A DNA stretch of 41,431 nucleotides, taken from positions 1 through 41,431 of the forward strand of contig QIHT01000215.1 in NCBI GenBank assembly GCA_003229115.1. The letters are read 5' to 3'. Source of the DNA: Gammaproteobacteria bacterium. GTDB lineage: Bacteria > Pseudomonadota > Gammaproteobacteria > SZUA-229. The stretch's first letter is position 1, and every line of letters starts with the position of its first letter. Under the pieces are notes generated by a model. It had not been told where the DNA came from and did no database searches. It saw only the letters and a program-made list of their open reading frames with translations. Below are positions 29,800 to 39,225 of the stretch, in pieces. The position numbers were made by a program, and so were the translations under genes.

Positions 29800-31221
29800 A
29801 TGTATCAGGAACACTTTGGCTTAAGCCGGCCTCCGTTCAAGATCACGCCGGATACCAGTCTTTTTTACGAAGGCAATAAACGTGGCGCGGCGCTTGATGC
29901 GCTCACCTACGCGATTAATAGTGGCGAAGGCATCATAAAAGTAGTGGGCGAAGTCGGCAGCGGAAAAACCATGCTGTGCAGAATGCTTGAGGTTAGATTG
30001 TCCGATAGCATTGATGTTGTATATATTGCCAATCCCAGTTTGTCGCCCGACAATATTCTTCATGTCATTGCGCATGAACTTGAGCTGGGCATTAATAATG
30101 ACACCAGCAAACTGGATGTTATGCAAAAGTTGCAGGACTATTTGCTGAGCAAACATGCTGATAATCGTCAGGTAGTGCTTTTTGTTGAAGAGGCACAAAG
30201 CATGCCGGTGGAAACGCTGGAAGAAATTCGTTTATTGAGCAACCTGGAAACTGAACATAGCAAATTGTTGCAGATGGTTTTGTTCGGCCAGCCGGAACTG
30301 GATGACAAGTTGGCGCAACCACATATTCGTCAGTTGAAAGAGCGTATCACGCATTGTTTTTATCTTGATCCGTTTACGCCGCAGGGAACGCTTGAATATC
30401 TTAATTTCAGGTTGCGTAATGTAGGTTACCGGGGGCCGGATGTTTTCAATCAAAAAACAGCCAACATGGTCGAAAAATATTCCGGTGGTCTGACCCGACG
30501 AATTAATATCCTTGCCGATAAATCCTTGATGGCGTCTTTTTCTGAAGGTGGGCATGAGGTGGCAGCAAAACATGTTCGTGCGGCTGCCATCGACAGTGAT
30601 TTTGGTCGGAAGCTCAACTTGCGGCCGTGGTTAGCAGGATTTGGCGCAGTCGCCGCGTTAACTATCGCTGTGTGGATGGGAACACTGATTCCCGCTCAGC
30701 AGGAAAAGGCTGTTAGCAACGCGCCACTGATGGCTGAAGGCCTGAGATCGAGCGACAAAACAGCTGCTGTTTCTGTGCCCAGAGAAACGGTGAGACAACC
30801 CCAGCAAGTGGTCGAAGCGCCCCGGACAGGATCGACCACATTGTTACAGCAAAGACTGGGTGATACAGAACAATGGCTTAGCGATGTGGCCAGTAATCAC
30901 TACAGTATTCAGCTATTTATGGCGCGGATTGTGGATGACCGGCAAGTTGAGAAATTTCTGCGCAACATTCCCGAAACGCTTGATTTTCAAAAGATTTACA
31001 TCTATGAAACAGTTATAAACGGCCGTCGAATGTACAGCGTTCTCTACGATGATTACGCCTCGCGACAAATAGCCCGTGCAAAGCTAAACAGCCTGCCCGA
31101 AGAGCTACAGGCAAGTCAGCCATTTTTGCGACGTGTTAGCGCATTCCGCAAGGATTCGGTGCGCAATGGTGAGGTGGTTTCAAAGGCGTCAGTTAAAACT
31201 GATCTGGCTCTGATGGCATGA
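29800..31221 (+). CDS. mshM: ExeA/GspA/MshM-like AAA ATPase fused to a TM segment and a C-terminal SPOR-like peptidoglycan-binding domain
   Basis: N-terminal MYQEHFGLSRPPFKITPDTSLFY ... GEGIIKVVGEVGSGKTMLCR ... VVLFVEEAQ ... LVLFGQPEL follows the ExeA/MshM pattern. TM segment WLAGFGAVAALTIAVWMGTLI (about aa 276-297). The C-terminus HYSIQLFMARIVDDRQVEKFL ... IYIYETVINGRRMYSVLYDDYASRQIARAKLNSLPEELQASQPFLRRVS resembles DamX-type SPOR domains. Confidence 0.8.
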   Translation: MYQEHFGLSRPPFKITPDTSLFYEGNKRGAALDALTYAINSGEGIIKVVGEVGSGKTMLCRMLEVRLSDSIDVVYIANPSLSPDNILHVIAHELELGINNDTSKLDVMQKLQDYLLSKHADNRQVVLFVEEAQSMPVETLEEIRLLSNLETEHSKLLQMVLFGQPELDDKLAQPHIRQLKERITHCFYLDPFTPQGTLEYLNFRLRNVGYRGPDVFNQKTANMVEKYSGGLTRRINILADKSLMASFSEGGHEVAAKHVRAAAIDSDFGRKLNLRPWLAGFGAVAALTIAVWMGTLIPAQQEKAVSNAPLMAEGLRSSDKTAAVSVPRETVRQPQQVVEAPRTGSTTLLQQRLGDTEQWLSDVASNHYSIQLFMARIVDDRQVEKFLRNIPETLDFQKIYIYETVINGRRMYSVLYDDYASRQIARAKLNSLPEELQASQPFLRRVSAFRKDSVRNGEVVSKASVKTDLALMA

Positions 31222-31241
31222 AGTAAGTACCTGGTGGATTA

Positions 31242-32894
31242 ATGAGAAAAAAAATAATAAAGGGTTCGGTATTTAGCGCATTATTTGTGCTGGCCGGCTG
31301 TGGTGCCAGCAATCCTCCCGAGATGTCTAAAGGTCATCTTGGTATGGATGAAGAAGAGCTCGCATCCATTCCCGAACCCGTCATTCAGGCACCGGTGTTA
31401 CCTGCACCAGAGCAAAGACCGAACCTTGAAACCTATACTGTCATCGTTAACCAGGTGCCGGTTCGCGAGTTATTGTTTTCGATGGCGAGGGACGCCGAAT
31501 TAAATCTGGACATCGATAACAAAATCAAAGGCAAGGTGACCATGAATGCCATTGATCAGACTCTGCCACAAATTCTTGAGCGCCTGATGCGCCAGACCGA
31601 TATTAACTATCGCATGGAAGATGAAACCCTGTTTGTCATGCAGGACAAGCCTTACCTGTATTTTTATGAAGTTAGTTATCTAAATATGTCCCGCATGAGC
31701 GAAGGTAGTGTGGAGGTTTCAACAGAAATAAGCTCGACCGGTCGTGGCGCTAGCGGTCGGTCAGGTGGTTCGGGCGGTGGAGGAGGTGGCGGTAGTAAGC
31801 GCGGCGGCAACAATTCAAAAACAAAAGTCACCAATTTATCAGGTAACCGATTCTGGCAAACTTTGGCGGTGAACATATCCAACATTATTGGTGAAGAGGT
31901 TAAAACCAGCACAGGTGAAAGGATTCAAACCAGCGCGAATATTATTATTAATCGCGAGAGCGGTATGATCGGAGTGCGAGCAACTGCGAAACAACAAAAA
32001 CAGGTTAGTGAATTTCTGGATAGAGTGGGTGACAGCGCAAAAAGACAGGTGCTGATTGAGGCTACACTGGCTGAAGTGCAGTTAAGTGATCGTTATCAGG
32101 CTGGTATCGACTGGGCTTTGATATCAGAGACGAATGCAGCAGGAGATGTTGTTACCAAGGGCGCGGTGCAGAATTTGTTGGGAGGTAACCTTGGTGCCGC
32201 ACCAGTGTTCTCGCTTAATCTGGCAGGTACCCCGGGGGGTAACGATTTAACAGCCACCTTGAAAGCGCTCGAAACCTTTGGTGATGTAAAAGTGTTATCC
32301 AGCCCAAAGATTATGGCGATTAACAACCAGATGGCCATATTAAAGGTTGTTGATAACGAGGTGTATTTCACGATCGACGTTGAAGCTGCTGTAGTAGCAA
32401 ACTCGGCTAGTATAGCGCCAACAATCGATACAAACGTCAACACCGTACCCGTAGGTTTTGTCATGTCGGTGATGCCTTATATCGATAAAAACGATGTAGT
32501 TACATTGCATGTTCGTCCAACTATCTCCCGTATTATAGGCACAGTTCTTGACCCTAACCCCGCCCTGGCAGATGCTGATGTACAAAGTGAAATTCCGGTT
32601 ATACGGGTTCGAGAAGTAGAATCTGTACTTACGGTCAATAGTGGTGATACCGCCGTGATAGGTGGTTTGATGCAGGATCAGATTATTAAAAACAACTCAG
32701 GTGTGCCAATTCTTTCAAGTATCCCGCTTATTGGTGCGTTATTTTCCTACACAGACGAAGAATATATAAAGTCAGAACTGGTTATTTTTATACGCCCGGT
32801 TGTGATACATGACGCCAGTCTTACCGGTGACCTGAAAGACTTCAGACAATATCTGATGGAAGATTTTGATGCCAGTGCCGGCAAAAGTGAGTAG
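31242..32894 (+). CDS. mshL: MshL-type lipoprotein secretin
   Basis: Lipobox VLAGC. N0-like region YTVIVNQVPVRELLFSMARDAELNLDID. Secretin C-domain VLIEATLAEVQL ... GIDW ... LSSPKIMAINNQMA ... VIRVREVESVLTVNSGDTAVIGGL ... SGVPILSSIPLIGALF ... ELVIFIRP. Gly-rich insertion at aa 165-193. Confidence 0.9.
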   Translation: MRKKIIKGSVFSALFVLAGCGASNPPEMSKGHLGMDEEELASIPEPVIQAPVLPAPEQRPNLETYTVIVNQVPVRELLFSMARDAELNLDIDNKIKGKVTMNAIDQTLPQILERLMRQTDINYRMEDETLFVMQDKPYLYFYEVSYLNMSRMSEGSVEVSTEISSTGRGASGRSGGSGGGGGGGSKRGGNNSKTKVTNLSGNRFWQTLAVNISNIIGEEVKTSTGERIQTSANIIINRESGMIGVRATAKQQKQVSEFLDRVGDSAKRQVLIEATLAEVQLSDRYQAGIDWALISETNAAGDVVTKGAVQNLLGGNLGAAPVFSLNLAGTPGGNDLTATLKALETFGDVKVLSSPKIMAINNQMAILKVVDNEVYFTIDVEAAVVANSASIAPTIDTNVNTVPVGFVMSVMPYIDKNDVVTLHVRPTISRIIGTVLDPNPALADADVQSEIPVIRVREVESVLTVNSGDTAVIGGLMQDQIIKNNSGVPILSSIPLIGALFSYTDEEYIKSELVIFIRPVVIHDASLTGDLKDFRQYLMEDFDASAGKSE

Positions 32895-32905
32895 GCGAAA
32901 GTTCC

Positions 32906-34093
32906 ATGAGCCTGTTACTCGATGCATTGAAAAAAGCCGCAAAGGAAAAGCAGCAAGCAAGTTCCGCTGATAGTAGTACAGCGCAGAATTCTGTTAGTAA
33001 TAAAGATGAAATAGAACTTTCACTGGATGAGGCGGTAGCTGCTGAGCAGCAACGCCCCCAACCTGATTCATCACAAACAGAAGAGCTTTCAATAGAATCT
33101 GTTCCGCAACTTAAAAAAACCAGTGCGACAACCTCGACTGTATCCGATGAAGCGCTTCATCTGGTTTACAAAACCAACAAACAATTTCGACGCAAACAAA
33201 AAATGATCTGGGGTAGCATTCTGGCCAGTGCCTTATTTGTATTGATTCTTGGCGGTGCATATTATTACTACGTGATGCTGGAAGAAGTAGAATCGTTAGA
33301 GCGCAAGCATGAAATTACTATGCGATTGTTTAAGTCAAAAGCTATTGATAACGATAAAAAAATACCGGCTATGGCAAATTCCGTGCAACACATGCAGCAG
33401 GTTGCAGTTAACGAAAACACCTCGAAAGCCAAAACTATTATGCCGCAAACTAAAAGAGCAACAGGCTCAAATAGCTCTGCTGGTGTTTTCTCAATTCGGC
33501 GAACAGAAAAGCGCAATCCTGTGAGCGTATTATTAAACAGAGGTTGGCATGCTTATGGTAATACAGACTATGTCGTCGCGGCTGATGCTTACAATCAGGT
33601 ATTGGAACGAGAGCCAAACAACAGAGATGCACTATTAGGTGTAGCGGCTATTGCCGTAAAACAGGGTGATAATGAGCAGGCTCGGTCTGCGTACAAAAAA
33701 TTGTTGCGACTGGATCCTCGTGATCAGATTGCAGTGGCTGCAATGAGTAATCTTGATGAATTGTCTCCTGACAAGCTGGGCGAAACCCGGCTTAAGTTTA
33801 TGCTTCAGCAACAGCCTGATGCTGCACACCTGCATTTTGCTTTAGGTAATCATTATGCAAAACAATCAAGATGGCCTGAAGCGCAGGGCGAGTATTTTAG
33901 TGCCTGGCAAGGTAGTAGTGAAAATGCAGATTATGCGTTTAACCTGGCTGTAAGTCTTGATCAGTTAGGTAAACAGGATGAGGCAAAACGTTTTTACGAA
34001 AAAAGCCTGAACCTGTCGGCAGGAAAAAACATCAGTTTTTCAGTCGAAATTGTTAAAGATCGTTTAAGCAAGATTGCAGCGAGACAGGAATAA
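32906..34093 (+). CDS. TPR-repeat bitopic protein, MshN-like
   Basis: N-terminal MSLLLDALKKAAKE, one TM segment (WGSILASALFVLILGGAYYYYV), and C-terminal TPR repeats (AYNQVLEREPNNRDALLG, ARSAYKKLLRLDPRD, ALGNHYAKQSRWPEAQGEY, AKRFYEKSLNL). It sits between the secretin and ATPase genes, like mshN. Confidence 0.65.
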   Translation: MSLLLDALKKAAKEKQQASSADSSTAQNSVSNKDEIELSLDEAVAAEQQRPQPDSSQTEELSIESVPQLKKTSATTSTVSDEALHLVYKTNKQFRRKQKMIWGSILASALFVLILGGAYYYYVMLEEVESLERKHEITMRLFKSKAIDNDKKIPAMANSVQHMQQVAVNENTSKAKTIMPQTKRATGSNSSAGVFSIRRTEKRNPVSVLLNRGWHAYGNTDYVVAADAYNQVLEREPNNRDALLGVAAIAVKQGDNEQARSAYKKLLRLDPRDQIAVAAMSNLDELSPDKLGETRLKFMLQQQPDAAHLHFALGNHYAKQSRWPEAQGEYFSAWQGSSENADYAFNLAVSLDQLGKQDEAKRFYEKSLNLSAGKNISFSVEIVKDRLSKIAARQE

Positions 34094-35799
34094 TGAACGC
34101 GTCTGCAAAAGCCAAAAAAAGACAAAAACTGGGAGAGCAGTTAGTCAAAAAAGGTCTGGTGACAATTGACCAGATTGATATTGCGATTACCGAGCAGAAG
34201 AAAGGCAAAGGCCTGATCGGAGAAATACTGGTAGAGCTGGGTTTTGTTTCCGAGTCGGTGATGCGAGATGTGCTCAGCCAGGTTTTAGGGCTCGGCAGTA
34301 TCGATTTAAATGAAGTCGTGCCAGACGCAACGGCGCTTGAACTTGTTCCCAAAGAGGCGGCGGAAAGACACGTCGTCGTTCCGGTTAGTTATGATGCAGA
34401 TGCCCAGCAATTGAAACTGGGCATGAAAAACGCTTCGGATCTTCAGGCGCTTGACCGTATCCATGCACTGGTTGGACGCAAGGTCGACATTATTCCCTTG
34501 TTGGCCGGCGAAGGCGAAATAAAAAAAGCCATCGACCAGTTTTATGGTTATGAGCTTTCGGTTGATGGCATTCTGCACGAAATAGAAACCGGAGAAATTG
34601 ACTATCAGAGTCTGGATGCCATCGAGGATGAGTATAGCCAGCCATTGGTCAGGTTGGTTGATGCAATACTGGCCGACGCGGTAAAAAGGGAAGCTTCGGA
34701 CATTCACTTTGAACCTGAAGAAGGTTTTTTGAGATTGCGTTACCGTATTGATGGTGTAATGCGACAGATTCGCAGCTTACATAAAGATTACTGGTCAGCC
34801 ATTGTTGTGCGCCTTAAAGTCATGTCGAAAATGAATATTGCTGAAACACGTATCCCGCAGGATGGAAGATTAAGCCTTCAGGTACAGGGGCACAGGGTTG
34901 ACTTTCGTGTGTCATCGCAACCGACAACACACGGAGAAAATATTGTTTTACGTGTACTTGATCGCGCCAAGGGCATTGTTGATATGGAATCGCTGGGTCT
35001 GCACGAAGAAACACTTAGTATTCTCAAATTAATGATGGCGCGTCCCGAGGGAATCATTCTTGTTACTGGTCCGACCGGTAGTGGTAAAACGACCACCCTG
35101 TACTCCATGTTGAATTACGTGAAGTCCGAACAGGTCAACATCATGACACTGGAAGATCCGGTTGAGTATCCGGTTGATATGATCAGGCAGACATCCATCA
35201 ATGAAGTGGCAAGAATGGATTTTGCCAACGGAATTCGATCCATGATGCGCCAGGATCCGGATATTATTCTGGTGGGTGAGGTGCGTGACGAAGACACCGC
35301 TGAAATGGCATTCAGGGCAGCGATGACCGGCCACCAGGTATTAACCACTTTGCATACCAACTCCGCGATAGGCGCGATTCCAAGGTTGCTGGATATTGGT
35401 GTGTTGCCCGACATCATGACCGGTAACATTATCGGAATTATCAGCCAGCGATTGATACGTTTGCTCTGCAAGCATTGTAAAAAAGAAACCCTGTCGGATG
35501 AAATTGATAGCAAGCTATTACTTGTCAATGAACCGATAAAGGTTTTCGAACCTGATGGTTGCGAACATTGTAGTCACACGGGTTACAAAGGCCGAATAGC
35601 AACTATTGAAGCCCTGACTATTGATGATGAGCTCGATGAATTGATAGCAAAGAGAGGCACCCTGGGTGAACTTAAGGAATGTGCGCAACGTTCGGGTTAT
35701 AAAACACTTGCAGATGATGCGGTACGCCTGGTGATTGAAGGTGTGACATCGTTACAGGAAATATCCCGAGTTATCGATTTAACCTACAGGCTTAGATAA
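34093..35799 (+). CDS. mshE: GspE/PilB-family assembly ATPase of the MshE type, with an N-terminal MshEN domain
   Basis: The ATG overlaps the previous stop (TAATG). Walker A GPTGSGKTT, Asp box LEDPVEY, Walker B DPDIILVGEVRD, His box LTGHQVLTTLHTN, tetra-Cys CKHC ... CEHC. The N-terminus carries two tandem (R/K)LG..LV..G ... L ... Q motifs. Confidence 0.93.
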   Translation: MNASAKAKKRQKLGEQLVKKGLVTIDQIDIAITEQKKGKGLIGEILVELGFVSESVMRDVLSQVLGLGSIDLNEVVPDATALELVPKEAAERHVVVPVSYDADAQQLKLGMKNASDLQALDRIHALVGRKVDIIPLLAGEGEIKKAIDQFYGYELSVDGILHEIETGEIDYQSLDAIEDEYSQPLVRLVDAILADAVKREASDIHFEPEEGFLRLRYRIDGVMRQIRSLHKDYWSAIVVRLKVMSKMNIAETRIPQDGRLSLQVQGHRVDFRVSSQPTTHGENIVLRVLDRAKGIVDMESLGLHEETLSILKLMMARPEGIILVTGPTGSGKTTTLYSMLNYVKSEQVNIMTLEDPVEYPVDMIRQTSINEVARMDFANGIRSMMRQDPDIILVGEVRDEDTAEMAFRAAMTGHQVLTTLHTNSAIGAIPRLLDIGVLPDIMTGNIIGIISQRLIRLLCKHCKKETLSDEIDSKLLLVNEPIKVFEPDGCEHCSHTGYKGRIATIEALTIDDELDELIAKRGTLGELKECAQRSGYKTLADDAVRLVIEGVTSLQEISRVIDLTYRLR

Positions 35800-35800
35800 A

Positions 35801-37009
35801 GTGCCAGATTATAAATTCAGAACCATTGATGAGGCCGGCAAGATTCGATCGGAGACGATGGTTGCGAGTAATCCAATGGAACTGGAGAAACGCCTGAGTA
35901 GTATGGGTTTTGATCTGCTGAGTTTTTCTGAGCAGGCGAGGGCTTCAAGTTCTTTTTTGTTCAGCAAGTCTATCAGCAAGAGAGAGCTGATAAATTTTAC
36001 TTTTCATCTTGAGCAGTTATTAAGAGCCGGTGTTCCGTTGCTGGATGGTCTTGGAGATATTCGCGATAGCCTGGACTACAGCCATTTTACCGATGTATTG
36101 CAAACCATCATTGATGATATTGAAGGCGGTAAAACACTTTCACTGGCAATGGCTGCACACAGTCATATTTTTGACCATATTTATGTCACTCTAATAAGGG
36201 TTGGCGAGGAAACCGGGCTTCTCTCCAAGGTTTTAAAAGAACTGGGCGAAACGCTGCGATGGCAGGATGAGCTGGCTGCGCACAGTAGAAAAATAATGAT
36301 ATACCCGATGATAGTCACGACCGTCGTATTATCTGTGGTTACCTTTCTTATGATATATCTGATGCCACAGCTGTTGCCATTCATAAAAGCCATGGGGACT
36401 GAGATACCAACACATACTAAAATTTTGATGGGGGTGTCCGATGCGTTTGTGAATTATTGGTATGTTATTTTTGGTACGCCTTTTGTGTTGTACGGCCTGC
36501 TGAGATTTATGATAGCCAATAATTCGGATTTTCAAATGAAGGTTGACAGGATAAAACTAAAATTATGGTTGTTTGGCCCGTTGATGATGAAAGTTAAACT
36601 GGCAAGATTTTCGAATTATTTTGCCATGATGTATGGTGCTGGCATTACCGTGCTTGATGCGTTGAAGATTTCCGAGGGTATGATGAATAATAGTGTACTT
36701 GAAGAAGCTATGACCTCAGTAAGGGGAAAAATTTCGGACGGTATGCAGATTAGTGAGAGCTTTGAAAGCGTCGGTGTTTTCCCGGTGATGATTGTGCGTA
36801 TGATGAAAATAGGGGAAAACACAGGCGCCATGGATGAGGCGCTACTGAATGTCAGTTATTTTTTTGATCGAGAAGTTCGGGAGTCAATAGACAAGATTGA
36901 GCCTGCAATGATGCCGATATTAACTATTATTCTTGGTTTTATTATGATGTGGATAATGATGGCAGTACTTGGGCCTGTTTATGATGCCGTATCAAATGTA
37001 AGTATCTAG
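35801..37009 (+). CDS. mshG: GspF/PilC-family inner-membrane platform protein (MshG-like)
   Basis: 402 aa with a GTG start 1 nt after the mshE stop. N-terminal MPDYKFRTIDEAGKIRSETMVASNPMELEKRLSSMGFDLLSF. Two GspF repeats (FTFHLEQLLRAGVPLLDGL, FSNYFAMMYGAGITVLDAL) and three TM segments. Confidence 0.92.
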   Translation: MPDYKFRTIDEAGKIRSETMVASNPMELEKRLSSMGFDLLSFSEQARASSSFLFSKSISKRELINFTFHLEQLLRAGVPLLDGLGDIRDSLDYSHFTDVLQTIIDDIEGGKTLSLAMAAHSHIFDHIYVTLIRVGEETGLLSKVLKELGETLRWQDELAAHSRKIMIYPMIVTTVVLSVVTFLMIYLMPQLLPFIKAMGTEIPTHTKILMGVSDAFVNYWYVIFGTPFVLYGLLRFMIANNSDFQMKVDRIKLKLWLFGPLMMKVKLARFSNYFAMMYGAGITVLDALKISEGMMNNSVLEEAMTSVRGKISDGMQISESFESVGVFPVMIVRMMKIGENTGAMDEALLNVSYFFDREVRESIDKIEPAMMPILTIILGFIMMWIMMAVLGPVYDAVSNVSI

Positions 37010-37033
37010 GTAAAAACAGAGACAAATGTCACA

Positions 37034-38614
37034 GTGAGCAGAATATTTTATTTTACAGGGTATCGATTAACGGTGTTTCACTGGGACCGTAAGAGCTTTA
37101 CGGGCGCCTGTTCGTTTGAGCCCGATACAGATGGCCTGGATAAATTTAGAGAGTATCTGAAAACATCGGAAAACACTTCAACGAAACTACTCATTGATGT
37201 TATTGAAGAAGATTTTAGAACCGTGACCATTCCACATGTTTATGGAAGGGACAGAAAAGCCGTGTTATCCAGGCAGCTTGATCGCCATTATCGTTCAAGT
37301 AACCAGTTTGTCTACGCCGATGTTACCGGACGGGAAAAAACAGGCCGCAAAGACGATAAGGTGCTCATAGGCGGAGTGACAAATCCACAATTGGTTCAGC
37401 CGTGGGTGAATATAGCAGAAGAATGTGGCTGTCCGTTATCAGGCATCTGGACATTGCCACTTTTAAGTAAACAGTTGCTGCCCATCATTAATGCCAGACA
37501 AGGTCCTGTTTTACTGGTCAGCCAGCAGGTAAACAGTAACCTCAGGCAAACATTCTTCCGTGACGGGAAAATGCTGGCGAGTCGCCAGTCAGTGATAAAT
37601 CAGGATGCTGAAGATATTAGCAACATCGGCAAATTTGCCGGCCCCGAGGTTGATAGAACCACAGAGTTCCTGAGAAATCAGAGACTGGTTGCTGCTGATG
37701 AAGTCATGCAGATTCATGTGCTTGGTTCGAATGAGCAGATCGAGTCACTGGAAGCGACATTTGCTTCCGATGCCAAAAACGATGTTCGCATACATAACAT
37801 ATCTGATATCCACGAAAAAATAGGCCTGAAAGATTTGTCGGGTAAATTTGCCGATGAATTATTTGCCTGGTTATGTATGAACCAAATGGGTTTAAGTGGT
37901 CATTATGGTGAGGCTAAAGAGTATAAACAGTATTATTACACACTGGGTTCAGTGGCATTGTACGCTATGAGTGTGCTTGTTGCTCTGTCAGCACTGCTAA
38001 TTACAGAATCTAATGTTTCAAGCGCGATTGAAAATTTGAGATCAGTTGAATTAATAAGTGATCAGGCGGTGGAATACAAGCGAGTTTATAAAACTAAATT
38101 TGAAGCCTATGAACCAGTATTCACCCACGCGCGTTCAATGAACTCTGCGGTGGATCTTGCAGACAGGATATTCCGCAATAGCAGAATATCACCGCTGGAT
38201 TTTATGGTTGAGGTGAGCAATGTTTTAGCTCAGCCGGGTTTGGGAAAAATCAAGATTGACCAGATTGAATGGGCGACAGAGCAATACGAAGAAGATGGAG
38301 GAATAAAGAAGGTATCAGTTGGCACTCCGGATGTTACTTCAGAAGTTCAAATACAACATGTGGCTATTTTAAAAGGCAGAATTAACATATCCGACAGCAA
38401 TTATCGCGACTCTGTGGCGCAGGTAAATAAAATGATCATCGCCTTGTTGCAGCACGGAAGAATTGAGGAGGTCAAAGCCATAGATATGCCGGTAGAAGTG
38501 CGTTCGGAAAAAAACTTTGGTGATGAAGGCGGAATAGAAACAAAGGCAGATCCCAGAAGCTCCAGCGGAGTTTTTTCGCTTAGAATAAAAATGAAGGCGC
38601 CTGACCGTGCTTAA
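37034..38614 (+). CDS. putative bitopic pilus assembly protein, GspL/MshI (PilM-PilN fusion)-like by architecture
   Basis: 526 aa: a ~300-aa cytoplasmic domain, a single TM segment (YYYTLGSVALYAMSVLVALSALLI), then a ~200-aa periplasmic domain. No nucleotide-binding motif is visible. The assignment rests on topology, size and position next to platform/ATPase genes, not on recognised sequence motifs. Confidence 0.45.
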   Translation: MSRIFYFTGYRLTVFHWDRKSFTGACSFEPDTDGLDKFREYLKTSENTSTKLLIDVIEEDFRTVTIPHVYGRDRKAVLSRQLDRHYRSSNQFVYADVTGREKTGRKDDKVLIGGVTNPQLVQPWVNIAEECGCPLSGIWTLPLLSKQLLPIINARQGPVLLVSQQVNSNLRQTFFRDGKMLASRQSVINQDAEDISNIGKFAGPEVDRTTEFLRNQRLVAADEVMQIHVLGSNEQIESLEATFASDAKNDVRIHNISDIHEKIGLKDLSGKFADELFAWLCMNQMGLSGHYGEAKEYKQYYYTLGSVALYAMSVLVALSALLITESNVSSAIENLRSVELISDQAVEYKRVYKTKFEAYEPVFTHARSMNSAVDLADRIFRNSRISPLDFMVEVSNVLAQPGLGKIKIDQIEWATEQYEEDGGIKKVSVGTPDVTSEVQIQHVAILKGRINISDSNYRDSVAQVNKMIIALLQHGRIEEVKAIDMPVEVRSEKNFGDEGGIETKADPRSSSGVFSLRIKMKAPDRA

Positions 38615-39215
38615 TAAGATACACCCGGTTATTAAGAGAGCGCTGTATGTATTTACAGCGGTTGTCACTGTTTCAGTGGCTGCGGTAACAGTGTCGGATT
38701 CGTATATGGATGAGGCTTATAAAAACGAGCAGTCAGAAAAACGCGCAATGCGCATCTGGAAAAACAAGATTGATGGATCGAGAGAGAGCAATAAAATTAT
38801 AGATGAATATGAGAGTAGCTACACCAGCCTGGTAAACAGATATATTGTTGGTGAAGAAAACAGGTTGAGCTGGTTTGAAACAATCCAGTCAACCACCAAC
38901 GCAAGAGGTATGCCCTCGGTAAAATATAATATAACCCGCCAGGAACTGGTGACTGATAAAAACGGCCAGCATTCCGCGAAAGGACTGGAGGTGTACCGCA
39001 GTAAAATGACTCTGGATATAGTAATGGCGCACGAAGGTGACCTGTTTGCGATGCTGAATGATCTGGAAGAAAATGCCAAAGGTCTTTTTATCGTGGATAA
39101 ATGCGATATTAAAAAAACTGAAAACGCATCAAAAGAGGGCGGGTTAACAATGCGTTCACAGTGTGAATTAAGCTGGTACACGTTTAAATCAACAGATAAC
39201 AAGGAACCGATTTGA
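38607..39215 (+). CDS. putative GspM/PilO/MshJ-like bitopic assembly protein
   Basis: 202 aa. The GTG start overlaps the previous gene by 8 nt. N-terminal TM segment ALYVFTAVVTVSVAAVTV, a charged coiled segment, and a C-terminal alpha/beta-looking domain (KMTLDIVMAHEGDLFAMLNDLEE). The assignment is by architecture and position only. Confidence 0.4.
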   Translation: MLNKIHPVIKRALYVFTAVVTVSVAAVTVSDSYMDEAYKNEQSEKRAMRIWKNKIDGSRESNKIIDEYESSYTSLVNRYIVGEENRLSWFETIQSTTNARGMPSVKYNITRQELVTDKNGQHSAKGLEVYRSKMTLDIVMAHEGDLFAMLNDLEENAKGLFIVDKCDIKKTENASKEGGLTMRSQCELSWYTFKSTDNKEPI

Positions 39216-39225
39216 GGCAGTGTTT

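Noticed and set aside
28270-29800. A sigma-54 promoter (TGGCAC-N5-TTGC) upstream of the regulator or of the mshM-like gene.
   Set aside because: The only GG ... GC candidates have wrong spacing (for example CGGCTTTTGCT at 28335-28345, with 7 nt rather than 11). There is no intergenic space between 29799 and 29800. No supportable site was found in the window.
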